NCBI RefSeq assembly: GCF_007845645.1
Contig: NZ_VCQV01000002.1
Span: forward strand, 111,702-175,701
Source of the DNA: Leekyejoonella antrihumi
GTDB lineage: Bacteria; Actinomycetota; Actinomycetes; Actinomycetales; Dermatophilaceae
Length of the DNA stretch: 64,000 nucleotides
Reading direction: 5' to 3'
A program made the translations under genes and the position numbers. The notes under the pieces are model-generated. The model had not been told where the DNA came from. It worked only from the letters and a program-made list of their open reading frames with translations, and ran no database searches. This document shows, one piece after another, positions 18,040-26,842 of this stretch (the first letter of the stretch is position 1; every line of letters starts with the position of its first letter).

Positions 18040-19232
18040 GACTGAAGGCTCGAGCGCAGGTAGCCGGGGGGCGGAGTGTTGTCGATCGCGAGTGCGACGG
18101 CGGCCCGGGCGGCGATGGGGCCGACGAGGTTGCCGGACCCGCTGTAGCCCCCGCACGCCACGACGCCTTCGTCGACGGGGATGCACAGGGCCCGCAGGTC
18201 GGTGGTGTAGCCGACCGAAGCCGCCCAACGGTGCGTCACGGTGACGGGCTCACCCGCCACGCGCGCCCCGGCGCTGTCGATCCACTGCTGCACTTGCGGC
18301 GTCGGGTCGTCGGCGAAGGTGGTCTCCGCCTCCAAGAAGTGGTCGCGCCCACCGCCGATGAGCAGTCGTCCCGCCGGGTCCTGCTGGGCCCACTCGTATC
18401 CCGCGCGGTAGCCGACGCCGCAGGGGAGACGGCCGGGCGCGATGGGACGGGTGGCGATCATCTGCAGCCGCATCGTCTGCACCACCGGTGCCAGCTGCGG
18501 CAGCAGCAGCTCGAGCTTCCCGTCGATCGCGACAATGATCACGCCGGCACACACGGAGCCCTGCGCCGTGGTGACGAGACCGGCACGCACTCCGGTGACG
18601 GGTGAGTGCTCGTGCAGCGTGGTGCCGGCAGGCAGCGTTGTGGCCAGCCCGAAGGCCCGGCGCACGGGATTCATCAGTGCGGTGTCCGGAGTGAAGAAAC
18701 CCTGGCCGAGCACGCCGTCATACGCCTCGACCTTGACGCCGATGGATGCGAGTGCCTCCTGCTCGGCCCGAAGACTTGCGAGCTGTTCCGTGATGGCGTC
18801 TGCCTCGGCGGCATCGACCGGGTCCCCCGGGAGGCCGGCGAGCTCGAGCGCTCCGGTCGGGCGCACGACATCCGGGCCCAGGCGATCGGCGAGGCGCTGC
18901 TGCTCGGCCATGGTCTGCCGGTAGAGCTCACTGCGCAGTTCCAGCGAGACCGGTGAGTCCGTCGAGGACAGCGACATCGCCCCACCCGGCGACAGGAAGC
19001 CTCCATTGCGCCCGGCGGCGGCAGCGGCGACTCGACCGGCGTCCAAGCCGATGACCGACAACCCTCGGTGTGCGAGATCCTCGATCGCGGCCAGGCCGCT
19101 GCCGCCGAGTCCGATGACACAGGCGTCGGCGGTGGCCGCACCGATGAGCGGGCCGTGGCCGGTCCAGGCCGGCACGGCCGGGTCGTCGTCCCATCCGGGT
19201 CGGTTGGCCCCAGCGCCAAGCTGTTGTGTCAT
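18036..19232 (-). CDS. FAD-dependent oxidoreductase (DAO superfamily)
   Basis: Start reassigned to the ATG at 19230-19232. GxGxxG ACVIGLGGSGLAA; ~398 aa; first gene of the minus-strand array. Confidence 0.65.
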   Translation of the reverse strand: MTQQLGAGANRPGWDDDPAVPAWTGHGPLIGAATADACVIGLGGSGLAAIEDLAHRGLSVIGLDAGRVAAAAAGRNGGFLSPGGAMSLSSTDSPVSLELRSELYRQTMAEQQRLADRLGPDVVRPTGALELAGLPGDPVDAAEADAITEQLASLRAEQEALASIGVKVEAYDGVLGQGFFTPDTALMNPVRRAFGLATTLPAGTTLHEHSPVTGVRAGLVTTAQGSVCAGVIIVAIDGKLELLLPQLAPVVQTMRLQMIATRPIAPGRLPCGVGYRAGYEWAQQDPAGRLLIGGGRDHFLEAETTFADDPTPQVQQWIDSAGARVAGEPVTVTHRWAASVGYTTDLRALCIPVDEGVVACGGYSGSGNLVGPIAARAAVALAIDNTPPPGYLRSSLQS

Positions 19233-19385
19233 TTCGACCTTTCTGGTTGCCACGGGATGAGCGAGCGGCCGACTCATCTGCGCCGACCTGTTGTCGAGTC
19301 CAGCACGCGATCGAGCCATCGTCAAGCCTTACTGCTCAGTCTACTTTGCTATAAGTGAACCTAATGCCTCTGGATCGTTCTCAAG

Positions 19386-20150
19386 ATGTGGCTCGCACCG
19401 GCGCTGCGGACTGTCAGACTGGCTCCTGTGCGCACTGAGACGGCAATCCGAGTGCAGGGGCTCGACGTCGCGCTGCGCGGAAGCGACGTGCTGCACGACC
19501 TGGCGTTCGAGATCCTCAGGGGTGCAATCGTCGGCCTGATGGGCCCCTCCGGTGCGGGCAAGACCACGCTCATGCGGGCCATCGTCGGTGCGCAGCGCGT
19601 CAAGGGCGGCGAGCTTCGGGTCCTCGGTCACCGGCCGGGGACGGCCGAGCTGCGTCATCGGGTCGGCTATGTCACGCAGGGGCTCAGCGTCTATCGGGAC
19701 CTGACCGTCCAGCAGAACGCCGAGTACTTCGCGGCGCTGCAGGGCCATTCACGCGCAAGTGCCATGGATGCCGTCGCCGCGGTGGGCCTGTCGGACTTCG
19801 CCCGCAGGCGGGTGGACCGGCTTTCCGGAGGGCAGGCGAGTCGAGCGTCGCTGGCGTGCGCGCTCGTCGGCGATCCGGCGCTGCTCGTCCTGGACGAACC
19901 GACGGTCGGCCTGGACCCGGTCACCCGTGAGGAGATCTGGCAGCACCTGCAGGGTCTTGCCGGGCAGGGGACGACGATCCTGGTGTCCAGCCACGTCATG
20001 GACGAGGCCGCCCGCTGTGACAGCGTCCTGCTGCTGCGCGACGGTCGGCTCCTGGCCCACCTCACGCCCGGTCAGCTGCTGGAGCGCACCGGCGGCACCT
20101 CCTACGACGACGCGTTCCTGCGCCTCATCCGGTCCGGTGAGTCGATGTGA
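19386..20150 (+). CDS. ABC transporter ATP-binding protein (ABC-2/exporter type)
   Basis: Walker A GPSGAGKTT, signature LSGGQASR, Walker B LLVLDEPT. The true start may be an internal GTG or ATG. Confidence 0.85.
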   Translation: MWLAPALRTVRLAPVRTETAIRVQGLDVALRGSDVLHDLAFEILRGAIVGLMGPSGAGKTTLMRAIVGAQRVKGGELRVLGHRPGTAELRHRVGYVTQGLSVYRDLTVQQNAEYFAALQGHSRASAMDAVAAVGLSDFARRRVDRLSGGQASRASLACALVGDPALLVLDEPTVGLDPVTREEIWQHLQGLAGQGTTILVSSHVMDEAARCDSVLLLRDGRLLAHLTPGQLLERTGGTSYDDAFLRLIRSGESM

Positions 20151-20881
20151 GTGTGCACATCTTCGCCGCGTCGATGCGTCGGATCCTGCAACAGCTGCGC
20201 GCCGACCGACGCACGATGGTGCTCATCGTCGCGGTGCCGGCACTGCTGCTGACCCTGCTCTACTTCGTCTATGGCGGCGGTCCCGCCTTCGATCAGATCG
20301 CCTTGAGTCTGCTCGGAATCCTGCCGATGCTGGTGATGTTCCTGATCACCTCGGTGGCGATGTTGCGGGAACGCACCGGCGGCACGCTCGAGCGACTCTT
20401 CACGACACCCTTGCACCGCCCCGACCTGCTCGCCGGCTATGGCGTCGCCTTCGGCCTGGCCGCGCTCGTGCAGTCGCTGGTGCTGATCACCGTCAGTGTG
20501 TGGGGCCTGAGCCTGAAGACCACCGGCCCCATCGTGTGGGTACTGCTGATCGCGTTCTGCGCAGCGGCAGTGGGGGTCGCCACCGGTCTGCTGGCCAGCG
20601 CCTTTGCGCGCACGGAGTTTCAGGCGGTGCAGTTCATGCCGCTGTTCATCGGACCACAGGTCTTCCTGTGCGGTCTCTTTGCCCCGCATGCCTCCATGCC
20701 GCGGGTGCTTCAGGGCCTCGCCGATGCGCTGCCCATGACGTATGCCGTGCGTGCCCTCCGGGCGGTGGGCGACCAGGCGGACCCGGCCGGCGATGTGCTG
20801 CGCAACGTGCTGGTGCTGGCGGCCTTCGCACTCGGCGCATTGGCCCTGGCCGCGACCTCGATGCCACGTCGCACTCGATAG
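20147..20881 (+). CDS. ABC-2 family transporter permease
   Basis: About 6 TM helices; ATGA overlap with the ATPase gene stop. Confidence 0.8.
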   Translation: MSVHIFAASMRRILQQLRADRRTMVLIVAVPALLLTLLYFVYGGGPAFDQIALSLLGILPMLVMFLITSVAMLRERTGGTLERLFTTPLHRPDLLAGYGVAFGLAALVQSLVLITVSVWGLSLKTTGPIVWVLLIAFCAAAVGVATGLLASAFARTEFQAVQFMPLFIGPQVFLCGLFAPHASMPRVLQGLADALPMTYAVRALRAVGDQADPAGDVLRNVLVLAAFALGALALAATSMPRRTR

Positions 20882-20898
20882 CGGGCAAGCGCAGCGGA

Positions 20899-20922
20899 AT
20901 ATTGAATCTTCAACTATAGTTG
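20899..20922. promoter_or_regulatory. overlapping palindromes AATATT / TTGAATCTTCAA / CAACTATAGTTG in an AT-rich island upstream of the pirin gene
   Basis: CAACTATAGTTG is a perfect 12-bp palindrome. The adjacent inverted repeat is TTGAA-tc-TTCAA. The island is AT-rich and sits ~50-75 bp upstream of the pirin ATG. Confidence 0.3.
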
Positions 20923-20972
20923 TGGTAGGTGATCGCGCATCCGGCGATCGACCGCCTGCCGAAGGAGCCCTT

Positions 20973-21947
20973 ATGCCCGCCGTGACCGTCGACAACATCC
21001 TGACGCTCCCGCGCATCGCCGCGCCCCTGCCGCAGGCGACCGTCCGGCCGGTGCGGTCGTTGACCACGGCGCCGCAAGGGTATGAGGGGGAGGGATTTCC
21101 CGTTCGCCGCGCCTTTGCGGGTGTCGACATGGCGACGCTCGACCCGTTCATCCACATGGACCAGATGGGCGAGGTGGAGTACGCACCGGGTGAGCCCAAG
21201 GGCACGCCCTGGCACCCGCACCGCGGGTTCGAGACGGTGACCTACATGATCGACGGGATCATGGTGCACCACGACTCCACCGGCGGCGGTGGGCAGATCA
21301 CCGACGGCGACACCCAGTGGATGACGGCCGGCTCCGGGCTGCTGCACATCGAGACACCGCCCGAGGCGCTGGTGATGTCCGGTGGGCTCTTCCACGGCGT
21401 CCAGCTGTGGGTCAACCTGCCGAAGTCGCAGAAGATGACGCCGCCGCGCTACCAGGACATCCACCGCGGCGAGGTCGCGCTGCTGTCCAGCCCCGACGGC
21501 GGGGCCCTGGTGCGCGTCATCGCCGGTGAGATCGACGGGCATCCCGGCCCCGGCGTCACCCACACCCCCATCGCGCTGGCCCACGCGACCGTTGCGCCCG
21601 GCGCCCGGTTGCAGCTGCCGTGGCGCCAGGACTTCAACGCGCTGGTCTACGTGCTGTCCGGGCGGGGTTCCGTCGGTGCCGAGCGGCGCCCGATCCAGAT
21701 GGGTCAGCTCGCGGCCTTCGGACCCGGCGACGTCATCGAGGTCGCGGCCGACGACCGCCAGGAGAACCGTGCACCCAGCCTCGACCTGCTGATCCTCGGT
21801 GGCCGGCCGATCCGCGAGCCGGTCGCGACATACGGCCCGTTCGTGATGAACACCCGTGAGGAGCTCATGCAGGCGTTCGAGGACTTCCAGGCCGGCAGGC
21901 TCGGCACGATCCCCGCCGAGCCGCACCCCGGTCACGACGTCCTGTGA
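20973..21947 (+). CDS. pirin-family protein
   Basis: HPHRGFETVTYMIDG...HHDSTGGGG...GDTQWMTAGSGLLHIE matches the conserved pirin N-terminal cupin motif. RBS GAAGGAG precedes the ATG at 20973. Confidence 0.85.
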   Translation: MPAVTVDNILTLPRIAAPLPQATVRPVRSLTTAPQGYEGEGFPVRRAFAGVDMATLDPFIHMDQMGEVEYAPGEPKGTPWHPHRGFETVTYMIDGIMVHHDSTGGGGQITDGDTQWMTAGSGLLHIETPPEALVMSGGLFHGVQLWVNLPKSQKMTPPRYQDIHRGEVALLSSPDGGALVRVIAGEIDGHPGPGVTHTPIALAHATVAPGARLQLPWRQDFNALVYVLSGRGSVGAERRPIQMGQLAAFGPGDVIEVAADDRQENRAPSLDLLILGGRPIREPVATYGPFVMNTREELMQAFEDFQAGRLGTIPAEPHPGHDVL

Positions 21948-21950
21948 GCC

Positions 21951-22814
21951 TCAACCCTTCACTGCACCCAACGTGAATCCCTGGATGAACTTGCGCAGGA
22001 AGATGTTGTAGACCAGCGCGATCGGGACGGCGACGATGATGGCCGAAGCCATCAGAGACTGCCAGAAGAAGACGTCACCGCGCACGAGATTGGTCGGCAC
22101 CCCGACGCTGATGGTCATGTTCGACGAGCTGGAGACGAACGCCAGCGCGTAGATGAAGTCCTGCATCGTCAGGGTGAAGCTGAACACCACGACAGTGAAC
22201 AGACCGGGCGTGATCAGTGGCAGCACCACTCGCACCATTGCGCCGATCCGCGTATAGCCGTCGACCTGCGCCTGCTCCTCGATGTCCGGCGGGACCGACC
22301 GGAAGAAGCCGACGAGCAGCCAGACCGACAGCGGGATCGTGAAACCCGGATAGACCACGATCAGTGACCAGATCGAGTCCTGCAGGCCGAGCACGGTGAT
22401 GATCCGCGACATGGGCAGGAAGAGCAGGGTCGGGGGCACCAGATAGACCACGAAGATGCCGATCGCAACGGGGATGCCCCAGCGCCCGGTCAGGCGAGCC
22501 AGTGCGTAGGCCGCGGGGATGCTGAGCACCAGTGTGATCGCGGTCGCAACCAGGCCGATGATGACGCTGTTGAGGATGAACTGCAGGTAGGGCGTGTTGG
22601 TGAACAGGGTCGTGATGTTGTCCAGCGTCGGTGACATCGTGAAGGCGAACGGGTTGTGTCCGGTGGAGTAGAGATCCGGATCCTGCTTGAACGCGGTGAG
22701 CGTGGCCCACAGGAAGGGGAATCCGCAGATCACTGCAAAGAAGAAGGCCAGCAGATAGATGCTGATGCGTCCGCGGATCGTGCGGATCTGCCGCCCGCCG
22801 GCCATCTCAGTCAC
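21951..22814 (-). CDS. carbohydrate ABC transporter permease (MalG/UgpE-like)
   Basis: 6 TM helices; EAA-like loop EQAQVDGYTRIGAMVRVVLP. Confidence 0.85.
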   Translation of the reverse strand: MTEMAGGRQIRTIRGRISIYLLAFFFAVICGFPFLWATLTAFKQDPDLYSTGHNPFAFTMSPTLDNITTLFTNTPYLQFILNSVIIGLVATAITLVLSIPAAYALARLTGRWGIPVAIGIFVVYLVPPTLLFLPMSRIITVLGLQDSIWSLIVVYPGFTIPLSVWLLVGFFRSVPPDIEEQAQVDGYTRIGAMVRVVLPLITPGLFTVVVFSFTLTMQDFIYALAFVSSSSNMTISVGVPTNLVRGDVFFWQSLMASAIIVAVPIALVYNIFLRKFIQGFTLGAVKG

Positions 22815-23757
22815 CCCGCCGTCGTGAAGCCATCGTCAAGACCACCGCGGCCAACCCGAGCAGCACGGGAAACATGAACAAGGCATCCGCGGCACCCACC
22901 GACAGGTTGCCGCCGTTGATGCCCTTGTAGAAGGCCCAGCTCGCCAGCACCTGGGTGGCATCACCCGGTCCGCCACCCGTGAGGATGAACACTACGGCCA
23001 TGTCGCTGAAGGTGAAGACGATGCCAAACAGCAGGGCCACCAGGATGATCGGCGCAAGCATGGGAAGCTGTATGCCGAATAGTCGCCGCCAGAATCCCGC
23101 GCCGTCCACCTCGGACTGCTCCTCGATGTCTCGAGGGATCGACGACAGCCCGGCCAGCACGATCACGGTGGCCAATGGCAGGGTGCGCCATGCCTGCACA
23201 GCGATGACGCTGCCCGTCGCCAAGCCGGCGTGTCCGAGCATGTTGAGGTGCCCCCCTGGCCCCAGGATGCCCAGGTGCTGCGCGAACCAGTCGAAGGGGG
23301 TGAAGATCGAGTCGAGCATCCACAGCCAGATGATGGCGCCGAGGGCTACTGGAGTCGTCCACGGCATCAGGACCAGGAATCGCACGAACCACTTCCCGTG
23401 GAAGTCCGCAGCGAGCACGAACGCGAGGACCGTGCACAAGACGATGACGATGGCCTGCGAGATTCCGGTGATGATGAACGTATGTGCCACCACACCAGGG
23501 AAGTTCGGGTCGTGGATGGCGGTGCTGAAGGTCTGCAGGCCCACGAAGTCGAACTTCGAGCTGCCGACCGTCACGTTGCTGAAGGCATACATGATGGCCA
23601 GCACGAGCGGATAACCCACGAAGAAGATCAGGTAGGCGACCGCCGGCAGCAGCATCGCCGACCCGAGCATGCCGTCACGGTCGCGGAGCCGGCGCTTGCG
23701 GCGGGTGCCCGGCTGGGTCGTGATCGGGGCAGCGCTCCCTGTCTCGATGGCGCTCAT
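22807..23757 (-). CDS. carbohydrate ABC transporter permease (MalF/UgpA-like)
   Basis: 6 TM helices; EAA-like loop EEQSEVDGAGFWRRLFGIQLPM. Confidence 0.85.
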   Translation of the reverse strand: MSAIETGSAAPITTQPGTRRKRRLRDRDGMLGSAMLLPAVAYLIFFVGYPLVLAIMYAFSNVTVGSSKFDFVGLQTFSTAIHDPNFPGVVAHTFIITGISQAIVIVLCTVLAFVLAADFHGKWFVRFLVLMPWTTPVALGAIIWLWMLDSIFTPFDWFAQHLGILGPGGHLNMLGHAGLATGSVIAVQAWRTLPLATVIVLAGLSSIPRDIEEQSEVDGAGFWRRLFGIQLPMLAPIILVALLFGIVFTFSDMAVVFILTGGGPGDATQVLASWAFYKGINGGNLSVGAADALFMFPVLLGLAAVVLTMASRRRGD

Positions 23758-24797
23758 GGGGAGACCATTGCCCCGGTTGATGGGATGCGTTCGCCCGTTT
23801 CAGGATCGAAGTAGCGAAGCTTGTCCCTCGCAACCACGTACGTCTCGCTGCTGTTGGGCGTGCCCACGAGCGGGACGGTGGTGGGGATCTTGGAGATGAC
23901 CTTCGCCTCCGGATCGAGGGATGGAATCGTCCCGTAGACATAGTGATCCGAACCGAGGTTCTCGACACGGGTGATCTCGAGCCGGCAGACCAGCTGCCCA
24001 TCCTGCTTGCCCGACCACTCCAGGGGGAGCAGGTTCTCCGGCCGGAATCCGAGCAGCTGCCCACCGGTACGCAGGATATTCATCGGGGGTGCACCGACGA
24101 AGGTCGCGACGAAGGTGTTTGCGGGATCGGAGTAGATCTCCTCGGGCGTGCCGAGCTGCTGGATCCGCCCGGCGTTGAGGACCGCGATCCGGTCACCGAG
24201 GCCCATTGCCTCCACTTGGTCGTGGGTCACGTAGACGGTGGTGATGCCTACGCGTTGCTGGAAGTCCTTGAGCTCGTCCCGCGCGCTGGTGCGCAGCTTG
24301 GCGTCCAGGTTGGACAACGGCTCGTCGAAGAGGAAAACCTGGGGCTCACGAACCATCGCCCGCGCCAGGGCAACCCGTTGCCGTTCTCCGCCGGACAGTT
24401 CGCGCGGCTTGCGGTCCAGCAGCCGCTCGATACCAAGAATGTCGGCAGCCCAGCTGACCTTCTCGGCGCGTTCCGGTCTGGGGATGTGCGCTGCCGCGAG
24501 CGGGAAGACGATGTTCTGTCGAACGGTCTTGTGGGGGTAGAGCGCATAGCTCTGGAAGACCATGGCGATCTTGCGGTCCCGCGGTGGAAGATTCGTCACG
24601 ACCTGGCCGCCGATGACGATGTCCCCTTCGGTGGGCTGCTCCAGACCGGCCAGCAGTCGCAGCAGCGTGGTCTTTCCGCAGCCGGACGGGCCGAGCAGGA
24701 CGAGATACTCACCGTCCCTCGTGGTCAGGTTGATGCCATCGGTGGCGGTCGTGCCGCCGAACTCCTTGCGCAGATCGCGCACTTCGACGATCGCCAT
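23754..24797 (-). CDS. sugar ABC transporter ATP-binding protein (MalK/UgpC-like)
   Basis: Walker A GPSGCGKTT, signature LSGGERQRVALARA, Walker B FLFDEPLSNLD; C-terminal TOBE-like regulatory domain. Confidence 0.9.
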   Translation of the reverse strand: MAIVEVRDLRKEFGGTTATDGINLTTRDGEYLVLLGPSGCGKTTLLRLLAGLEQPTEGDIVIGGQVVTNLPPRDRKIAMVFQSYALYPHKTVRQNIVFPLAAAHIPRPERAEKVSWAADILGIERLLDRKPRELSGGERQRVALARAMVREPQVFLFDEPLSNLDAKLRTSARDELKDFQQRVGITTVYVTHDQVEAMGLGDRIAVLNAGRIQQLGTPEEIYSDPANTFVATFVGAPPMNILRTGGQLLGFRPENLLPLEWSGKQDGQLVCRLEITRVENLGSDHYVYGTIPSLDPEAKVISKIPTTVPLVGTPNSSETYVVARDKLRYFDPETGERIPSTGAMVSP

Positions 24798-24818
24798 CTG
24801 TGCCCTCCGGGTCAGGTG

Positions 24819-26249
24819 CTACTTGGTGCCGCCGACAAGCTTCTGCTTGCGCCACTTCTTGAAGACGGTTTCGCACTGCTGAGTCGCCGATGCGACGGCG
24901 GACTTCGCGGAGGACTTCCCGCGGGCGACGTCGGCCATCATGGTGGGCAGGATGTTGGTGTCGAAGATCTCGCCGATCGCGGGGTTCGCAGGTCCGGGAT
25001 GCCCGACGTTCGTGCTCCACTTCTCGGACGTGGCGAGCAGGGCGAGCTTGTCCGGCGGATCGGACTTGTAGGGGTCGCTCTTCAGCCAGCCGTCCAAGGT
25101 CGTGGTGACCGTCGGGTTCTTGAATGCGGGGAAGTCATAGAGCTGCGACTGATCCACCGAGTCATGCGCGGCACCAACCAGATCCATCAGGAACTGTTTG
25201 CAGGAATCCACGTTCGCCGCCCATTTCGGCATGATGTAGGACCGCACGACGTGCTGGCTGGCGATGGCGGTGCCGCTGGGACCCTTGAGCGCCGGCGTGA
25301 AGAAGATGTCCTTGGCAACGTTCGGGTTGCCGGTCTGTGCACTGCGATACGCGGAGATCGAGTTGAGAATGTAGGACAGTTGGCCCGCGACCAGGCCCTG
25401 GTTGTTGGATGCCGCGGTCCAGCTGAAGACCTCGGCGGTCATCGTCTGTTTGAAGAGGTTGGCCATGTATTCGACGGCCTGGATGGTCTCGGGCGAGTTG
25501 AGGGTGACGTTCTCGTTCACATCCTGCACCGCCCCGCCATACGACCAGATCAGTGCGCGGGCTGCCATGTTGGAGTCGACCTCGGAGGACATCCCGATGC
25601 CCATCCGCACGCCCCTCTTTGCCTTGATCTCGGCCCCGCCGGTCAGCAGGTCGGCCCAACTGCTCGGACCCGTCGGCATGCCGATGCCGGTCCACAGCGA
25701 CTTGCGGTAGTCCCCCGGATCGGGTGTCCAGGTGTGGCAGAAGCCGTAGTACTTACCGGTGTGCGGGTTGTAGCTGGACAGCTTGCAGAAGGGGATCTGG
25801 GCGCCGAACTTCTTGACCGCCTCGGAGACCACGTCGGCCATGTCGTGCACACTCGGTTCGTAGGCCGATGGCGGGGTGATCCACTCGATGAGATCGTGTC
25901 CGGCTCCGGCGGAGAATTCCGCCGCGGTGCGGGCGGGTAGGTCGGCCTGGTTGATGTGGTCGACCGTGACGGACACGCCGTTCTTGCTGCCCCAGGCCTT
26001 CGCCCACTTGTCGAACCACGTGTCGTAGGACGGGACGAAGTGGCTCCACAGCAGGATCTTTATCGCCTTGGGCCCGCTGCCCCCGCCGCCACTACTGGAC
26101 GCGGCCGCGCTGGGGCTGCCGGCGCTGGTGCCACCGGCGCAGGCGGTCAGGCCCGTTGCGGCAGCGGCGAACAGGCCGGTCCCGACCAGGAAGTTGCGGC
26201 GCGGAAGGATGAGTCCTGATTTCGTGCTGTCTCGCTGTACGCCTGCCAT
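24819..26249 (-). CDS. ABC transporter substrate-binding lipoprotein (family 1 extracellular solute-binding)
   Basis: Tat motif RRNFLVGTGLFAAAATGLTAC with lipobox Cys; 476 aa; first gene of the SBP-ATPase-permease-permease operon. Confidence 0.85.
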   Translation of the reverse strand: MAGVQRDSTKSGLILPRRNFLVGTGLFAAAATGLTACAGGTSAGSPSAAASSSGGGGSGPKAIKILLWSHFVPSYDTWFDKWAKAWGSKNGVSVTVDHINQADLPARTAAEFSAGAGHDLIEWITPPSAYEPSVHDMADVVSEAVKKFGAQIPFCKLSSYNPHTGKYYGFCHTWTPDPGDYRKSLWTGIGMPTGPSSWADLLTGGAEIKAKRGVRMGIGMSSEVDSNMAARALIWSYGGAVQDVNENVTLNSPETIQAVEYMANLFKQTMTAEVFSWTAASNNQGLVAGQLSYILNSISAYRSAQTGNPNVAKDIFFTPALKGPSGTAIASQHVVRSYIMPKWAANVDSCKQFLMDLVGAAHDSVDQSQLYDFPAFKNPTVTTTLDGWLKSDPYKSDPPDKLALLATSEKWSTNVGHPGPANPAIGEIFDTNILPTMMADVARGKSSAKSAVASATQQCETVFKKWRKQKLVGGTK

Positions 26250-26443
26250 GGCGTCCTCCTATGACAGTTACAGCGGCGCGTGCAGACAGCGCGATGAAGA
26301 CAGTTGAACTGTCCGATGGCTTGTCGCTGTATCCCTGTTGCCTGTCAGAGGCAGTCGTCCGAGTGCGCGGGCTTCATCCGCACGGACTCTGGCAATGTCT
26401 CTGGCACCCATGTGGTTTCGGTACCGTCCACCGAAATTACTCG

Positions 26444-26477
26444 CATTCGGACAACTTCGTCAAGATGTTTCCGAATG
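26444..26477. promoter_or_regulatory. inverted repeat CATTCGGA-N18-TCCGAATG, either an intrinsic terminator hairpin for the DUF3040 gene or an operator for the sugar ABC operon
   Basis: A perfect 8-bp inverted repeat with an 18-nt spacer. It lies 9 nt downstream of the DUF3040 stop and ~200 nt upstream of the SBP start. The sequence after the hairpin is only weakly T-rich. Confidence 0.25.
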
Positions 26478-26485
26478 GCGCGGAA

Positions 26486-26842
26486 TTAACCGGCTCGTCG
26501 GCCCGAAGACCGCGCTTTTGTGCGATGGCGGGCCCGCTGCCAGAACGCGCGCAGTAAGAGGGCGAGCCGTTGCGGGGTACGGGACAGGATGCTCCACCAA
26601 TACCGTCCGAGACGGGTGATGGCGCAGGCCGTGGAAACGGTCGACGCCAGCAGCCACGCGCCCGCCGCGGTCATGGCGCCCCAGACCATCAACGGCGCGC
26701 TGATCACGCGCCAGATCTGCCGCCGCACCCACATGCCACGTCGAGTGCTGGGGGCGGTGCGCCAGGTGAACCATCGGTCAGAGGTGCTCAGCTGCGTCAC
26801 GATGTGCTCGAATGACTTGCGCTCTTCACTGGTGAGTGCCAT
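26486..26842 (-). CDS. DUF3040-like small membrane protein
   Basis: Start at the ATG at 26840-26842 gives MALTSEERKSFEHIVTQL..., which resembles the DUF3040 N-terminus. One or two TM helices follow. Confidence 0.55.
   Translation of the reverse strand: MALTSEERKSFEHIVTQLSTSDRWFTWRTAPSTRRGMWVRRQIWRVISAPLMVWGAMTAAGAWLLASTVSTACAITRLGRYWWSILSRTPQRLALLLRAFWQRARHRTKARSSGRRAG

Noticed and set aside
20102-21935. 367-aa and 341-aa minus ORFs
   Set aside because: Antisense to the ABC-2 permease and pirin genes; pirin motifs are unambiguous on +.
23943-25940. 665-aa + ORF, the longest alternative ORF in the region
   Set aside because: Antisense to the sugar-ABC ATPase and SBP genes, whose Walker/signature motifs and lipoprotein signal are clear on the minus strand. 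Gly/Arg/Asp/Val low-complexity composition.
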